From a virus (taxonomy: Duplodnaviria; Heunggongvirae; Uroviricota; Caudoviricetes), in IMG/VR virus record IMGVR_UViG_2541047785_000009: DNA of 34,652 nt, one strand, 5' to 3'. A model generated the notes under the pieces. It did no database searches and was not told where the DNA came from. It worked only from the letters and a program-made list of their open reading frames with translations. Position numbers and translations under genes: made by a program. Each line of letters opens with the position of its first letter. Position 1 is the first letter of the stretch. Shown piece after piece: positions 27,984 to 34,652 of this stretch.

Positions 27984-28230
27984 GCCGCATATCATCGGGT
28001 TGGGTAAGAACGACGGTGTTCACACACCGTCTCCCACTTACCGAAACGATAGCGATTGTACTGACGTACTTTCACTAACTTTAACATGAGATTATCTCCA
28101 TGCCAGCACTATTGTTGCCAATAGCAGCCTTTACACCCTTTGTATAAAGCTAATACCAAGAGCAATGCAAGGATACCCCAAGCGGTAACTGGCGTGGATT
28201 CTAGAGCAGCCTAACTAAAAAATCAAAGCA

Positions 28231-30498
28231 TTAATTAAATCCCGGCCACTCATCATTTACCGGATACCTGAAGTTTACCCCCTCATAATTTACGGTTGCC
28301 CCACGCGCCAGCGCCTCAAGCTCCCATCGCTGAGGCCTGATACCGTTCTGACCAAGGTCAACGCGGATACGGGGGATTTGCATTCGTTCCGACCGGGTCA
28401 GTCTGGCCGAAGGCGCAATTTCATGCGGTTTTAACGGGCTTCCGTTTCTTTGCTGACGATTTGGTGTTCTCAGTTCGTGTTTTAATGCCCCCCTGAGCGC
28501 CCTCACGACATCCGGGTCATTCCATTCGATCACACCGTGATCGACCAGATTAAGCACGGCTGCGGCATGTTCAGAAGGTGTGGGAGCCGTTAACGAAGTA
28601 TCACTGCCGGTGAACTTTCCACAGTTATTGACAGGACTCCGAGGCGCGGCGATGCCGCTTTTTAAAGTCAAAGGCTCAACGACCGGCACTTTCGGAACAA
28701 TGCGCCAGTCCGTCGTTCTGGTGATATGAATATGACGCGCGCCGAGATGCGGCGCGTAAATGCCGACCACTCTCTCGACTTCTTCCTCGTACTCGTTAAC
28801 GTCATCCGACGGGCTACGGGCGACCCTGACAGTCTGACAATCGCGCGGGACATTTGCCCCGCCCTGCGCGCTGATATACAACGCAAAATCACCACTGTCT
28901 GCAGCGGCGCGTGCAGCCTCGACGCGCTCGTCAAACTCATCAGCAATGCTGACGCCACGAGGCAATTTGCGTAGTTCACGGTAAGCCCCCATTGTCGGCA
29001 GACCAACCGTTTTAAATTGCGGAATGCGCCACGTTGACGCCCATGCGGTAACAGCCGCAGCTGTGTCTTTCAGCGGCCTACCGGTATCATTATCGAGCTG
29101 ACCATCCAGTGCATAGCCGTCGATGTTTTTTGAGATGTATTTCGCGATATATCCCGCAGCACCGCCCCGGTTAAGGTGTTTTGCCTGAAAACGGTTTCGC
29201 GCGGCTCCTCTTTCGTCGCCATCCTCTTTGAGCGCATAGCGACGCATGATTTCAATAATCTGGTTACGCTGGCGTGGATTACAAAAAAGCATCATATGCC
29301 AGTGCGGCGTTCCGTCGTGGTGTGGTTCAACAACACGCAAACCGTAGGCCTGTAAATCATTATCCTTGAATGCCGTGCGCATCAGGCTCCAGATACGGCA
29401 GAGATAACGCTGCGCATCCTTTGGATTAAATGCCTCATCGTTCCAGCCGTGATTAAGCTGAACGGTTTTACTTTCGCCTTTTCCGACCTGACGTGTCGGG
29501 TGATACTTTGACGGCGCGGTCAGCGTGATAAACATCCCCACATCACCCTCTGCGGCGGCGTAACGCTCAATACCGGCAATGGTGTTCATCAGCTCCATCC
29601 GGCGAATTTCAGGATTAGAAATACTGCCCATCACCTTACTGATAAGGTCGATGCGCTCGCCGGTTTCCCTGTTTTCAAGGTCACACGATTTAAGAAATTC
29701 CAGATTTGCCTGGCGGCGCGCACGCACATCACGAATGGCGTGTTTACTGGCATAAGGAGAACGGTCTTTATTGACCTCCCCGACAGCTATCAGTAACGCC
29801 TCATGCCAGCGCATACGCTGGCCTTTAAGCTGATGAGTCCACCACTCATCGTTAAACAGGCGGGCAATGGCAGAATATGCCTGCCTCGTGGTCATCTGTC
29901 CTTTACGGTATTTTTTCCAGTAGAGCGGGGAAATATTGAAAGCACGTGCAGCGCCAGCAACATGACCATACAGGTGAGCCTGCGCCTCATCCGTAAACAG
30001 CGATTCTTTTTCACCATGCGCATCAACCCAGGCATCGCAGAGTTCCTCATACATTATGAAAAGCTGCGATGAGATACGGGCGGCAAACTTTTTCAGCTCC
30101 TTGTCATTCATTCCAGGCAGGCGCGCATAGTGGTCACGCTCTGCCAGAAACAGCAACGACGCGTCGGTGTTCATTTCATGGCGCTGATTAACGCGCTCAA
30201 TGCGCGGCCATAAACGACGCTGAAAAGTGGATGTGAGGAAATAAAACCCGTGCACCGGGCTTTTATTGCGCCGGATGTAGTCATAGCGTGAAGTAAACAG
30301 CGAGCGCAAAAAGTAAGGCAGGCGATTAATCGTGGATAAAACACCTTGCACCTGACGCATCTCGTCACGTGTAAGGGGTCTTTCGCGCCCGACAGCCTCG
30401 CGTGGCGCGTTCCATGCATAAGCACCGGTAAACGTCTTACCGGTGCCTGCGGCAAATGCTGACGGAGGGACAAAACGCCCGGAGGCTTTAACGGCCAT
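28231..30498 (-). CDS. A: Replication initiation protein A (rolling-circle nickase)
   Basis: Track ORF 28231..30540 begins at a TTG; the P2 gpA-like N-terminus MAVKASGRFVPPSAFAAGTGK starts at ATG 30498 with AGAGG about 12 nt upstream; start is uncertain by 42 nt. Confidence 0.85.
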   Translation of the reverse strand: MAVKASGRFVPPSAFAAGTGKTFTGAYAWNAPREAVGRERPLTRDEMRQVQGVLSTINRLPYFLRSLFTSRYDYIRRNKSPVHGFYFLTSTFQRRLWPRIERVNQRHEMNTDASLLFLAERDHYARLPGMNDKELKKFAARISSQLFIMYEELCDAWVDAHGEKESLFTDEAQAHLYGHVAGAARAFNISPLYWKKYRKGQMTTRQAYSAIARLFNDEWWTHQLKGQRMRWHEALLIAVGEVNKDRSPYASKHAIRDVRARRQANLEFLKSCDLENRETGERIDLISKVMGSISNPEIRRMELMNTIAGIERYAAAEGDVGMFITLTAPSKYHPTRQVGKGESKTVQLNHGWNDEAFNPKDAQRYLCRIWSLMRTAFKDNDLQAYGLRVVEPHHDGTPHWHMMLFCNPRQRNQIIEIMRRYALKEDGDERGAARNRFQAKHLNRGGAAGYIAKYISKNIDGYALDGQLDNDTGRPLKDTAAAVTAWASTWRIPQFKTVGLPTMGAYRELRKLPRGVSIADEFDERVEAARAAADSGDFALYISAQGGANVPRDCQTVRVARSPSDDVNEYEEEVERVVGIYAPHLGARHIHITRTTDWRIVPKVPVVEPLTLKSGIAAPRSPVNNCGKFTGSDTSLTAPTPSEHAAAVLNLVDHGVIEWNDPDVVRALRGALKHELRTPNRQQRNGSPLKPHEIAPSARLTRSERMQIPRIRVDLGQNGIRPQRWELEALARGATVNYEGVNFRYPVNDEWPGFN

Positions 30499-30763
30499 AT
30501 GAGCCAAAAGCCTCTGAACAACGCTTGCTGAGTTGCTCAACCTGCGCGTTTAAATCAGCAAAAGACTTTGCGCTTCCGGTCAGAATATCGTGATGCATCA
30601 GGCCGGAAACGAGCTGGCTTAATTTCGGGTAATAACCAACCACCGCCAGCCATTCCTGACCGGCGTTTTTACCGCTTTCCGCTCTCTTTTTCTCGTGGAG
30701 AATAAACTGAAAGCTGTCACTGGTAACGACATAACGTTCGCCAATTTCAATACGAATACTCAT
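30488..30763 (-). CDS. Early-operon hypothetical protein (P2 orf83 position)
   Basis: 91-aa ORF, ATG at 30763, overlaps the A start; conserved position in P2 early operon. Confidence 0.7.
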   Translation of the reverse strand: MSIRIEIGERYVVTSDSFQFILHEKKRAESGKNAGQEWLAVVGYYPKLSQLVSGLMHHDILTGSAKSFADLNAQVEQLSKRCSEAFGSYGR

Positions 30764-30984
30764 GCCGTTCTCCGGTAATGTTTGTTTTTTGCTTCAAAGA
30801 CTGACTGGCAGGAAACACAACGCGTGGCTGACGGATAAGCCGCACGACGGGCAGCAGGTATTGGCGCGTCACACTCTTCGCAAACCAGCGCAGAAACACC
30901 GCAATGCTTTACCCTTGCCGCGTTAATCTGGCGCTCCAGTAATTCAGCCTGTTGTTCCTGAATAAAATCTACGTTGTCCGGCAT
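30760..30984 (-). CDS. TraR/DksA-family C4 zinc-finger protein (P2 orf82 position)
   Basis: 74-aa ORF with C-x2-C...C-x2-C (CEECDAPIPAARRAAYPSATRCVSC); ATG at 30984. Confidence 0.75.
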   Translation of the reverse strand: MPDNVDFIQEQQAELLERQINAARVKHCGVSALVCEECDAPIPAARRAAYPSATRCVSCQSVFEAKNKHYRRTA

Positions 30985-31286
30985 TACCAGCTCCTTTTGT
31001 CGTTAAGTTTTTTAAATTCATCAGCGCAATAGCTGGCAATTTCTGTCGTTAATTTCGTCAGTTCGTCCACGGAGGAGATTTGCTTGTGAAATACAGCGCG
31101 TTTAACAAGTAAATTGACCACATCAGACAGGAGATTTAATTCGTTCTGATAAATCGCGATAACAGACTCAGTTATTTCGCGTTTTTCTTTATCAAGACCA
31201 AGTTGAATAAGAGATAAATCGCCATTTTTCATAACGGCGATTTTTAAGGCGTTATTCAGTAATACAACTGAACGAGAACAGGACAT
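30984..31286 (-). CDS. Early-operon hypothetical protein (P2 orf81 position)
   Basis: Track ORF 30984..31289 starts at a TTG; the adjacent ATG at 31286 is the likely start. Confidence 0.65.
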   Translation of the reverse strand: MSCSRSVVLLNNALKIAVMKNGDLSLIQLGLDKEKREITESVIAIYQNELNLLSDVVNLLVKRAVFHKQISSVDELTKLTTEIASYCADEFKKLNDKRSW

Positions 31287-31510
31287 CAAAGCACCTCCCC
31301 GCGAGACAATCCGATATTGTGAAATTTTTCCGACTCCTGACTGAGCAGCTCGACTATCTCCACGCGGGATAACTCCGCCTTTGTGATGTGGCGAATCATG
31401 GCGTCAAGATGAGAAGAAAAGCGCGTCGCTGCGTCGGCCTGTGCTTCGGTTCTGGCCTGTTGCAGCAGTAATGCGTATTTACCGCACTGATTTTCAGAAA
31501 CTGTATGCAT
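31286..31510 (-). CDS. Early-operon hypothetical protein (P2 orf80 position)
   Basis: Track ORF 31286..31543; internal ATG at 31510 with GGAGA 5-6 nt upstream gives 74 aa (MHTVSENQ...). Confidence 0.65.
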   Translation of the reverse strand: MHTVSENQCGKYALLLQQARTEAQADAATRFSSHLDAMIRHITKAELSRVEIVELLSQESEKFHNIGLSRGEVL

Positions 31511-31573
31511 GACTTTCTCCAGGCAAAAAGAAGCCCCGCACAATTAAGTGCGTTAAAAACTCTGGTTAATTAC

Positions 31574-32080
31574 TTAATGCAGATATTGCTCTGGTTTTAC
31601 CGACGTCAGAATTGTCGGTGCATACTCAAACAGACTGAATAATTCACGTAATGCACGGAATAAAGCATCACGCCAGTAACATGATTCTTCATTAATTCGC
31701 CAGTATGGCTGGTTGAATTCTTTTTCAGTCAATCCGGCATGCATAAATAAAGTACGACGCTGACTGACTGTTAAAAAACTAATATATGCATACTCACTTG
31801 CGCCAACCTGACGGCGTTTTGAGAATGCCCCACGCAATTCATCAATTGCACAAACCAGCCGTTCACGTTCGACGTCGTTCATTTCTTCAAAACGCATCGT
31901 TGCGTGACGCTGTTTTAACTGCGCATGAAAGCAAACCGTTAACCGTTCGCGCTCCATCATCTGATTATAATAATCACATGTATCCTGCCAGCGAGGAACG
32001 GCAAGATGCTTACCAATTATCCGGCGCATAGCTGCTGGCTGTTTTTCAACGAGATTGAGCGTCATCACTGTCATTTCCAT
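31574..32080 (-). CDS. B: Replication protein B
   Basis: 168-aa ORF in the P2 gpB position; ATG at 32080 (an in-frame ATG 2 codons later is an alternative start). Confidence 0.85.
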   Translation of the reverse strand: MEMTVMTLNLVEKQPAAMRRIIGKHLAVPRWQDTCDYYNQMMERERLTVCFHAQLKQRHATMRFEEMNDVERERLVCAIDELRGAFSKRRQVGASEYAYISFLTVSQRRTLFMHAGLTEKEFNQPYWRINEESCYWRDALFRALRELFSLFEYAPTILTSVKPEQYLH

Positions 32081-32265
32081 ACCCTCCGGCTTTTCAGAAA
32101 GGTCAGAGCCTTTTTTAACGGACTCTGTTTTTTGGTGCGGATAATGATTCCCTTACGCCCCTTACCGTGGGTGATGGTGAAGTCAATCGCCCTGGGGCTT
32201 TCGTTACGCAGTAACTGAGCAATACAACGAGGCTCATTCATACGGTTCTCCTTAACGTGGTTCAC
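32071..32265 (-). CDS. Small early protein (P2 orf78 position)
   Basis: 64-aa track ORF between cox and B; the track start appears to be a non-ATG codon and an internal ATG (MNEPRC...) is the alternative. Confidence 0.55.
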   Translation of the reverse strand: MNHVKENRMNEPRCIAQLLRNESPRAIDFTITHGKGRKGIIIRTKKQSPLKKALTFLKSRRVWK

Positions 32266-32527
32266 CGAGACCTAACCACATCAACCAGCCGTCACGAATC
32301 TCTTTAGGGCGGCTTTCATAAGCCAGTTTTAGTCCGTTATTCCATGCCGGAAGGTATACCCAATATTCACCTGCATGACCTGAAGCTGATTGTGGATCGG
32401 TCATATCAATTACAGGCAGCTTTCCTTTATCAATCATCCGACGAACCGCTCCTGTCGATTTTCCTATTAGTTTTGCGAACTCCTGATAAGGAATCGCATC
32501 AGTCATGAGTGTTACTTGCTTGCTCAT
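32252..32527 (-). CDS. cox: Cox, excisionase and early-transcription regulator
   Basis: 91-aa ORF MSKQVTLMTDAIPYQEFAKLIGKSTGAVRRMIDKGKLPVIDM... recognised as P2 Cox; first gene of the early operon. Confidence 0.92.
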   Translation of the reverse strand: MSKQVTLMTDAIPYQEFAKLIGKSTGAVRRMIDKGKLPVIDMTDPQSASGHAGEYWVYLPAWNNGLKLAYESRPKEIRDGWLMWLGLGEPR

Positions 32528-32641
32528 GTCGTCCTCTAGCCCTCATGAATTGCGTTTAATGTCTTATAATGCCTTTTAGTGCCCACATCCAAGCACTAAA
32601 CAATCTACATCTAAACTAAATACTATTGAGATCTAAACACC
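32528..32641. promoter_or_regulatory. Immunity switch region (Pe/Pc promoters and C-repressor operators) between cox and C
   Basis: 114-bp AT-rich region between divergent cox and C; perfect TATAAT at 32567-32572; two direct ATCTAAAC repeats at 32609-32616 and 32631-32638, 22 bp apart, consistent with direct-repeat operator half-sites. Confidence 0.6.
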
Positions 32642-32941
32642 ATGTCAAACACGATAAGCGAGAAGATAGTCTTAATGCGAAAATCAGAGTATTTGAGCAG
32701 ACAACAACTTGCTGATTTAACAGGGGTTCCGTATGGCACGCTGAGTTACTATGAAAGTGGTCGTTCAACACCTCCAACAGATGTCATGATGAACATCCTG
32801 CAGACCCCACAATTCACCAAATACACTTTATGGTTCATGACCAATCAGATCGCTCCTGAGTCCGGGCAAATTGCGCCCGCTCTCGCACACTTTGGGCAAA
32901 ACGAAACAACGTCGCCCCACTCCGGTCAAAAGACTGGTTAA
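32642..32941 (+). CDS. C: Immunity repressor C
   Basis: 99-aa ORF MSNTISEKIVLMRKSEYLSRQQLADLTGVPYGTLSYYESGRSTP... recognised as P2 C; helix-turn-helix segment QQLADLTGVPYGTLSYYE. Confidence 0.92.
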   Translation: MSNTISEKIVLMRKSEYLSRQQLADLTGVPYGTLSYYESGRSTPPTDVMMNILQTPQFTKYTLWFMTNQIAPESGQIAPALAHFGQNETTSPHSGQKTG

Positions 32942-33056
32942 CAATTCATCGTGAATATATTCATCACAAGTGCCTACTATTGGTGGCTAAATTTCAGCCA
33001 CCACGAAAAAAGCGATTAGTAGTCGCAAAAAAACACACCACTCGGAGGGTTTTCTG

Positions 33057-34070
33057 ATGGCAATCAAAAAACTCGATGATGGTCGATATGAAGTGGACAT
33101 CCGCCCTACTGGACGTAATGGAAAACGCATCCGTAGGAAGTTTGATAAGAAAAGCGAAGCTGTCGCTTTCGAGAAATACACGTTGTACAACCACCACAAT
33201 AAAGAATGGCTATCAAAACCAACAGACAAGCGACGTCTGTCGGAGCTGACACAGATCTGGTGGGATTTAAAGGGTAAACACGAAGAGCATGGGAAATCTA
33301 ATCTTGGAAAAATTGAAATCTTCACAAAAATAACGAATGACCCATGCGCATTTCAAATTACGAAATCGCTTATCAGCCAGTACTGCGCCACCCGAAGAAG
33401 TCAGGGTATTAAACCTTCGAGTATCAATCGTGATTTAACATGTATTAGCGGCATGTTTACAGCCCTGATTGAAGCGGAGTTATTCTTTGGTGAGCACCCT
33501 ATCAGAGGGACAAAAAGGCTTAAGGAGGAAAAACCAGACACAGGCTATCTCACGCAGGAAGAAATTGCCTTACTGCTTGCTGCTCTTGACGGCGACAACA
33601 AAAAGATTGCGATTCTTTGCCTGAGTACTGGAGCGCGTTGGGGAGAAGCAGCTCGTTTGAAAGCAGAAAATATCATCCATAACCGCGTCACGTTTGTTAA
33701 AACGAAAACAAACAAACCACGCACCGTCCCGATCTCAGAGGCTGTTGCCAAAATGATCGCGGATAACAAACGAGGTTTTTTATTCCCTGATGCTGATTAC
33801 CCTCGCTTCAGACGAACAATGAAAGCAATAAAACCGGATTTGCCAATGGGGCAAGCCACACATGCACTAAGGCACAGCTTTGCCACTCATTTCATGATTA
33901 ATGGAGGAAGTATTATCACGCTACAACGGATACTAGGTCACACGCGGATTGAGCAAACTATGGTTTACGCTCATTTTGCGCCAGAGTACCTTCAGGACGC
34001 CATTTCTCTTAATCCGCTAAGAGGTGGTACTGAGGCCGAGAGTGTCCACATAGTGTCCACAGTAGAGTAA
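33057..34070 (+). CDS. int: Tyrosine integrase Int
   Basis: 337-aa ORF; RBS GGAGGG 8 nt before the ATG; C-terminal HxxR...Y motif (HALRHSF...TMVYAHF); adjacent to attR. Confidence 0.93.
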   Translation: MAIKKLDDGRYEVDIRPTGRNGKRIRRKFDKKSEAVAFEKYTLYNHHNKEWLSKPTDKRRLSELTQIWWDLKGKHEEHGKSNLGKIEIFTKITNDPCAFQITKSLISQYCATRRSQGIKPSSINRDLTCISGMFTALIEAELFFGEHPIRGTKRLKEEKPDTGYLTQEEIALLLAALDGDNKKIAILCLSTGARWGEAARLKAENIIHNRVTFVKTKTNKPRTVPISEAVAKMIADNKRGFLFPDADYPRFRRTMKAIKPDLPMGQATHALRHSFATHFMINGGSIITLQRILGHTRIEQTMVYAHFAPEYLQDAISLNPLRGGTEAESVHIVSTVE

Positions 34071-34149
34071 CGTTTAAGGGCTTTCAGTGGTAATTTATGC
34101 CGCTCAAACCCGCATTGTACCGTTGAAAGCCCCTACTGGTGACACCCTA

Positions 34150-34177
34150 AATCTCCCTTACACGGGCTTATTTTTTA
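34150..34177. repeat. attR core: direct repeat of 1507..1534
   Basis: 28-nt perfect identity with the left copy; flanking bases differ on both sides. Confidence 0.85.
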
Positions 34178-34334
34178 TGCATAAGCCCTATCCCTGGTCA
34201 CCGTCTTCCATTGACCACATCGATAGAATCTCCCTTCATAGCACGATGCCTTTCACGTAACGGCATCGTGCTCGCACAGGTTCCGGCTAAGCACAACCAG
34301 AACGCGCATGTTTGACGCTTACCAAAAAATATTC

Positions 34335-34652
34335 TCACTCTCCACATTTGAATGTCAGACGAGCGACGCCATGTAATCCTGCACCTTCTGTCTTCAGGTC
34401 AACTATCTGCATTTTTTTGCCCTGAGTAACACAGAAATGGGCTGCATCATTTTTTACTATATTTTCTGCACCAGATATTCTGCCCCTGGCTAAAGAAGCT
34501 TCGGCTTCGGTGTAGTATTGGTTATCGAGTTTACGCTGAATATTACTTTTATATGCAAGACCAAATTTACCGATACTTGTCTCATCATTATGCACAGCAC
34601 AACCAGACATAATAAAAATACTAATTAATGATATAGCAGCTATCTTTTTCAT
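34335..34652 (-). CDS. yegR: YegR, small lipoprotein (host gene, complete)
   Basis: 105-aa ORF MKKIAAISLISIFIMSGCAVHNDE... with lipobox; recognised as E. coli YegR; ATG is the last three bases of the window. Confidence 0.85.
   Translation of the reverse strand: MKKIAAISLISIFIMSGCAVHNDETSIGKFGLAYKSNIQRKLDNQYYTEAEASLARGRISGAENIVKNDAAHFCVTQGKKMQIVDLKTEGAGLHGVARLTFKCGE

Larger units (their letters stand above)
1507..34177. mobile_element. Complete P2-like (Peduovirus-type) prophage integrated at the yegQ-yegR (P2 locI-type) site
   Basis: Bounded by 28-bp perfect direct repeats; int next to the right repeat and ogr next to the left repeat, as in a P2 prophage; full canonical P2 gene set with matching protein lengths (Ogr 72, D 387, U 159, T 815, E 91, FII 172, FI 396, G 175, I 176, J 302, W 115, S 150, R 155, LysC 96, LysB 141, LysA 141, K 165, Y 93, M 247, N 357, Q 344, Cox 91, C 99, Int 337). 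Confidence 0.93.

Noticed and set aside
32221-32527. Apparent one-base frame inconsistency between my reading of the printed sequence and the ORF track in the orf78-cox region
   Set aside because: Track ORF lengths are exact multiples of three and the translations match P2 Cox, so I treat this as my own reading error rather than a real frameshift or pseudogene
34078-34132. Inverted repeat GGGCTTTCA ... TGAAAGCCC after the int stop, considered as an int terminator
   Set aside because: Loop is 37 nt and no T run follows on either strand; more likely part of the att arm (protein-binding or bending region) than an intrinsic terminator

Overview
The window is a complete P2-like (Peduovirus-type) prophage of about 32.7 kb, integrated between the host genes yegQ/trhP (1..1362) and yegR (34335..34652). 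It is bounded by a 28-bp perfect direct repeat (1507..1534 and 34150..34177) that matches the P2 att core as I recall it. Gene order is canonical P2: ogr-D-U-T-E/E'-FII-FI-[Z/fun slot]-G-H-I-J-W-V-[orf30 slot]-S-R-lysC/lysB/lysA-K-Y-X-L-M-N-O on the minus strand, then P-Q, cos, [old/tin slot], the early operon A-orf83/82/81/80-B-orf78-cox on the minus strand, and C-int on the plus strand. The main result of the hunt is that all three variable slots carry a visibly AT-rich plus-strand cargo gene that is not P2 core: (1) 8561..9781, a 406-aa protein with a PD-(D/E)xK nuclease-like motif in the Z/fun slot; (2) 15208..15993, a 261-aa three-TM membrane protein between V and S; (3) 25764..27983, a 739-aa ABC/Rad50-like ATPase with a CxxC zinc hook and a C-terminal R-x3-E...H motif (RloC/PrrC-like anticodon-nuclease architecture), which sits where old, tin and orf91 would be. 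These are candidate phage-borne anti-phage or abortive-infection modules; the nuclease and the membrane protein have no family I can name with certainty. Other observations are the E/E' -1 frameshift site, lysC embedded in lysB/R, a 132-bp tandem repeat in tail-fibre gene H, the cos site, the immunity switch, and P'-arm-like sequence outside attR. Limits: all homology calls come from memory of P2 proteins and motifs, with no database search. Coordinates I derived by reading the sequence may be off by 1-2 nt; in the orf78-cox region my reading of the printed sequence disagreed with the ORF track by one base, so ORF-track coordinates are used for genes.
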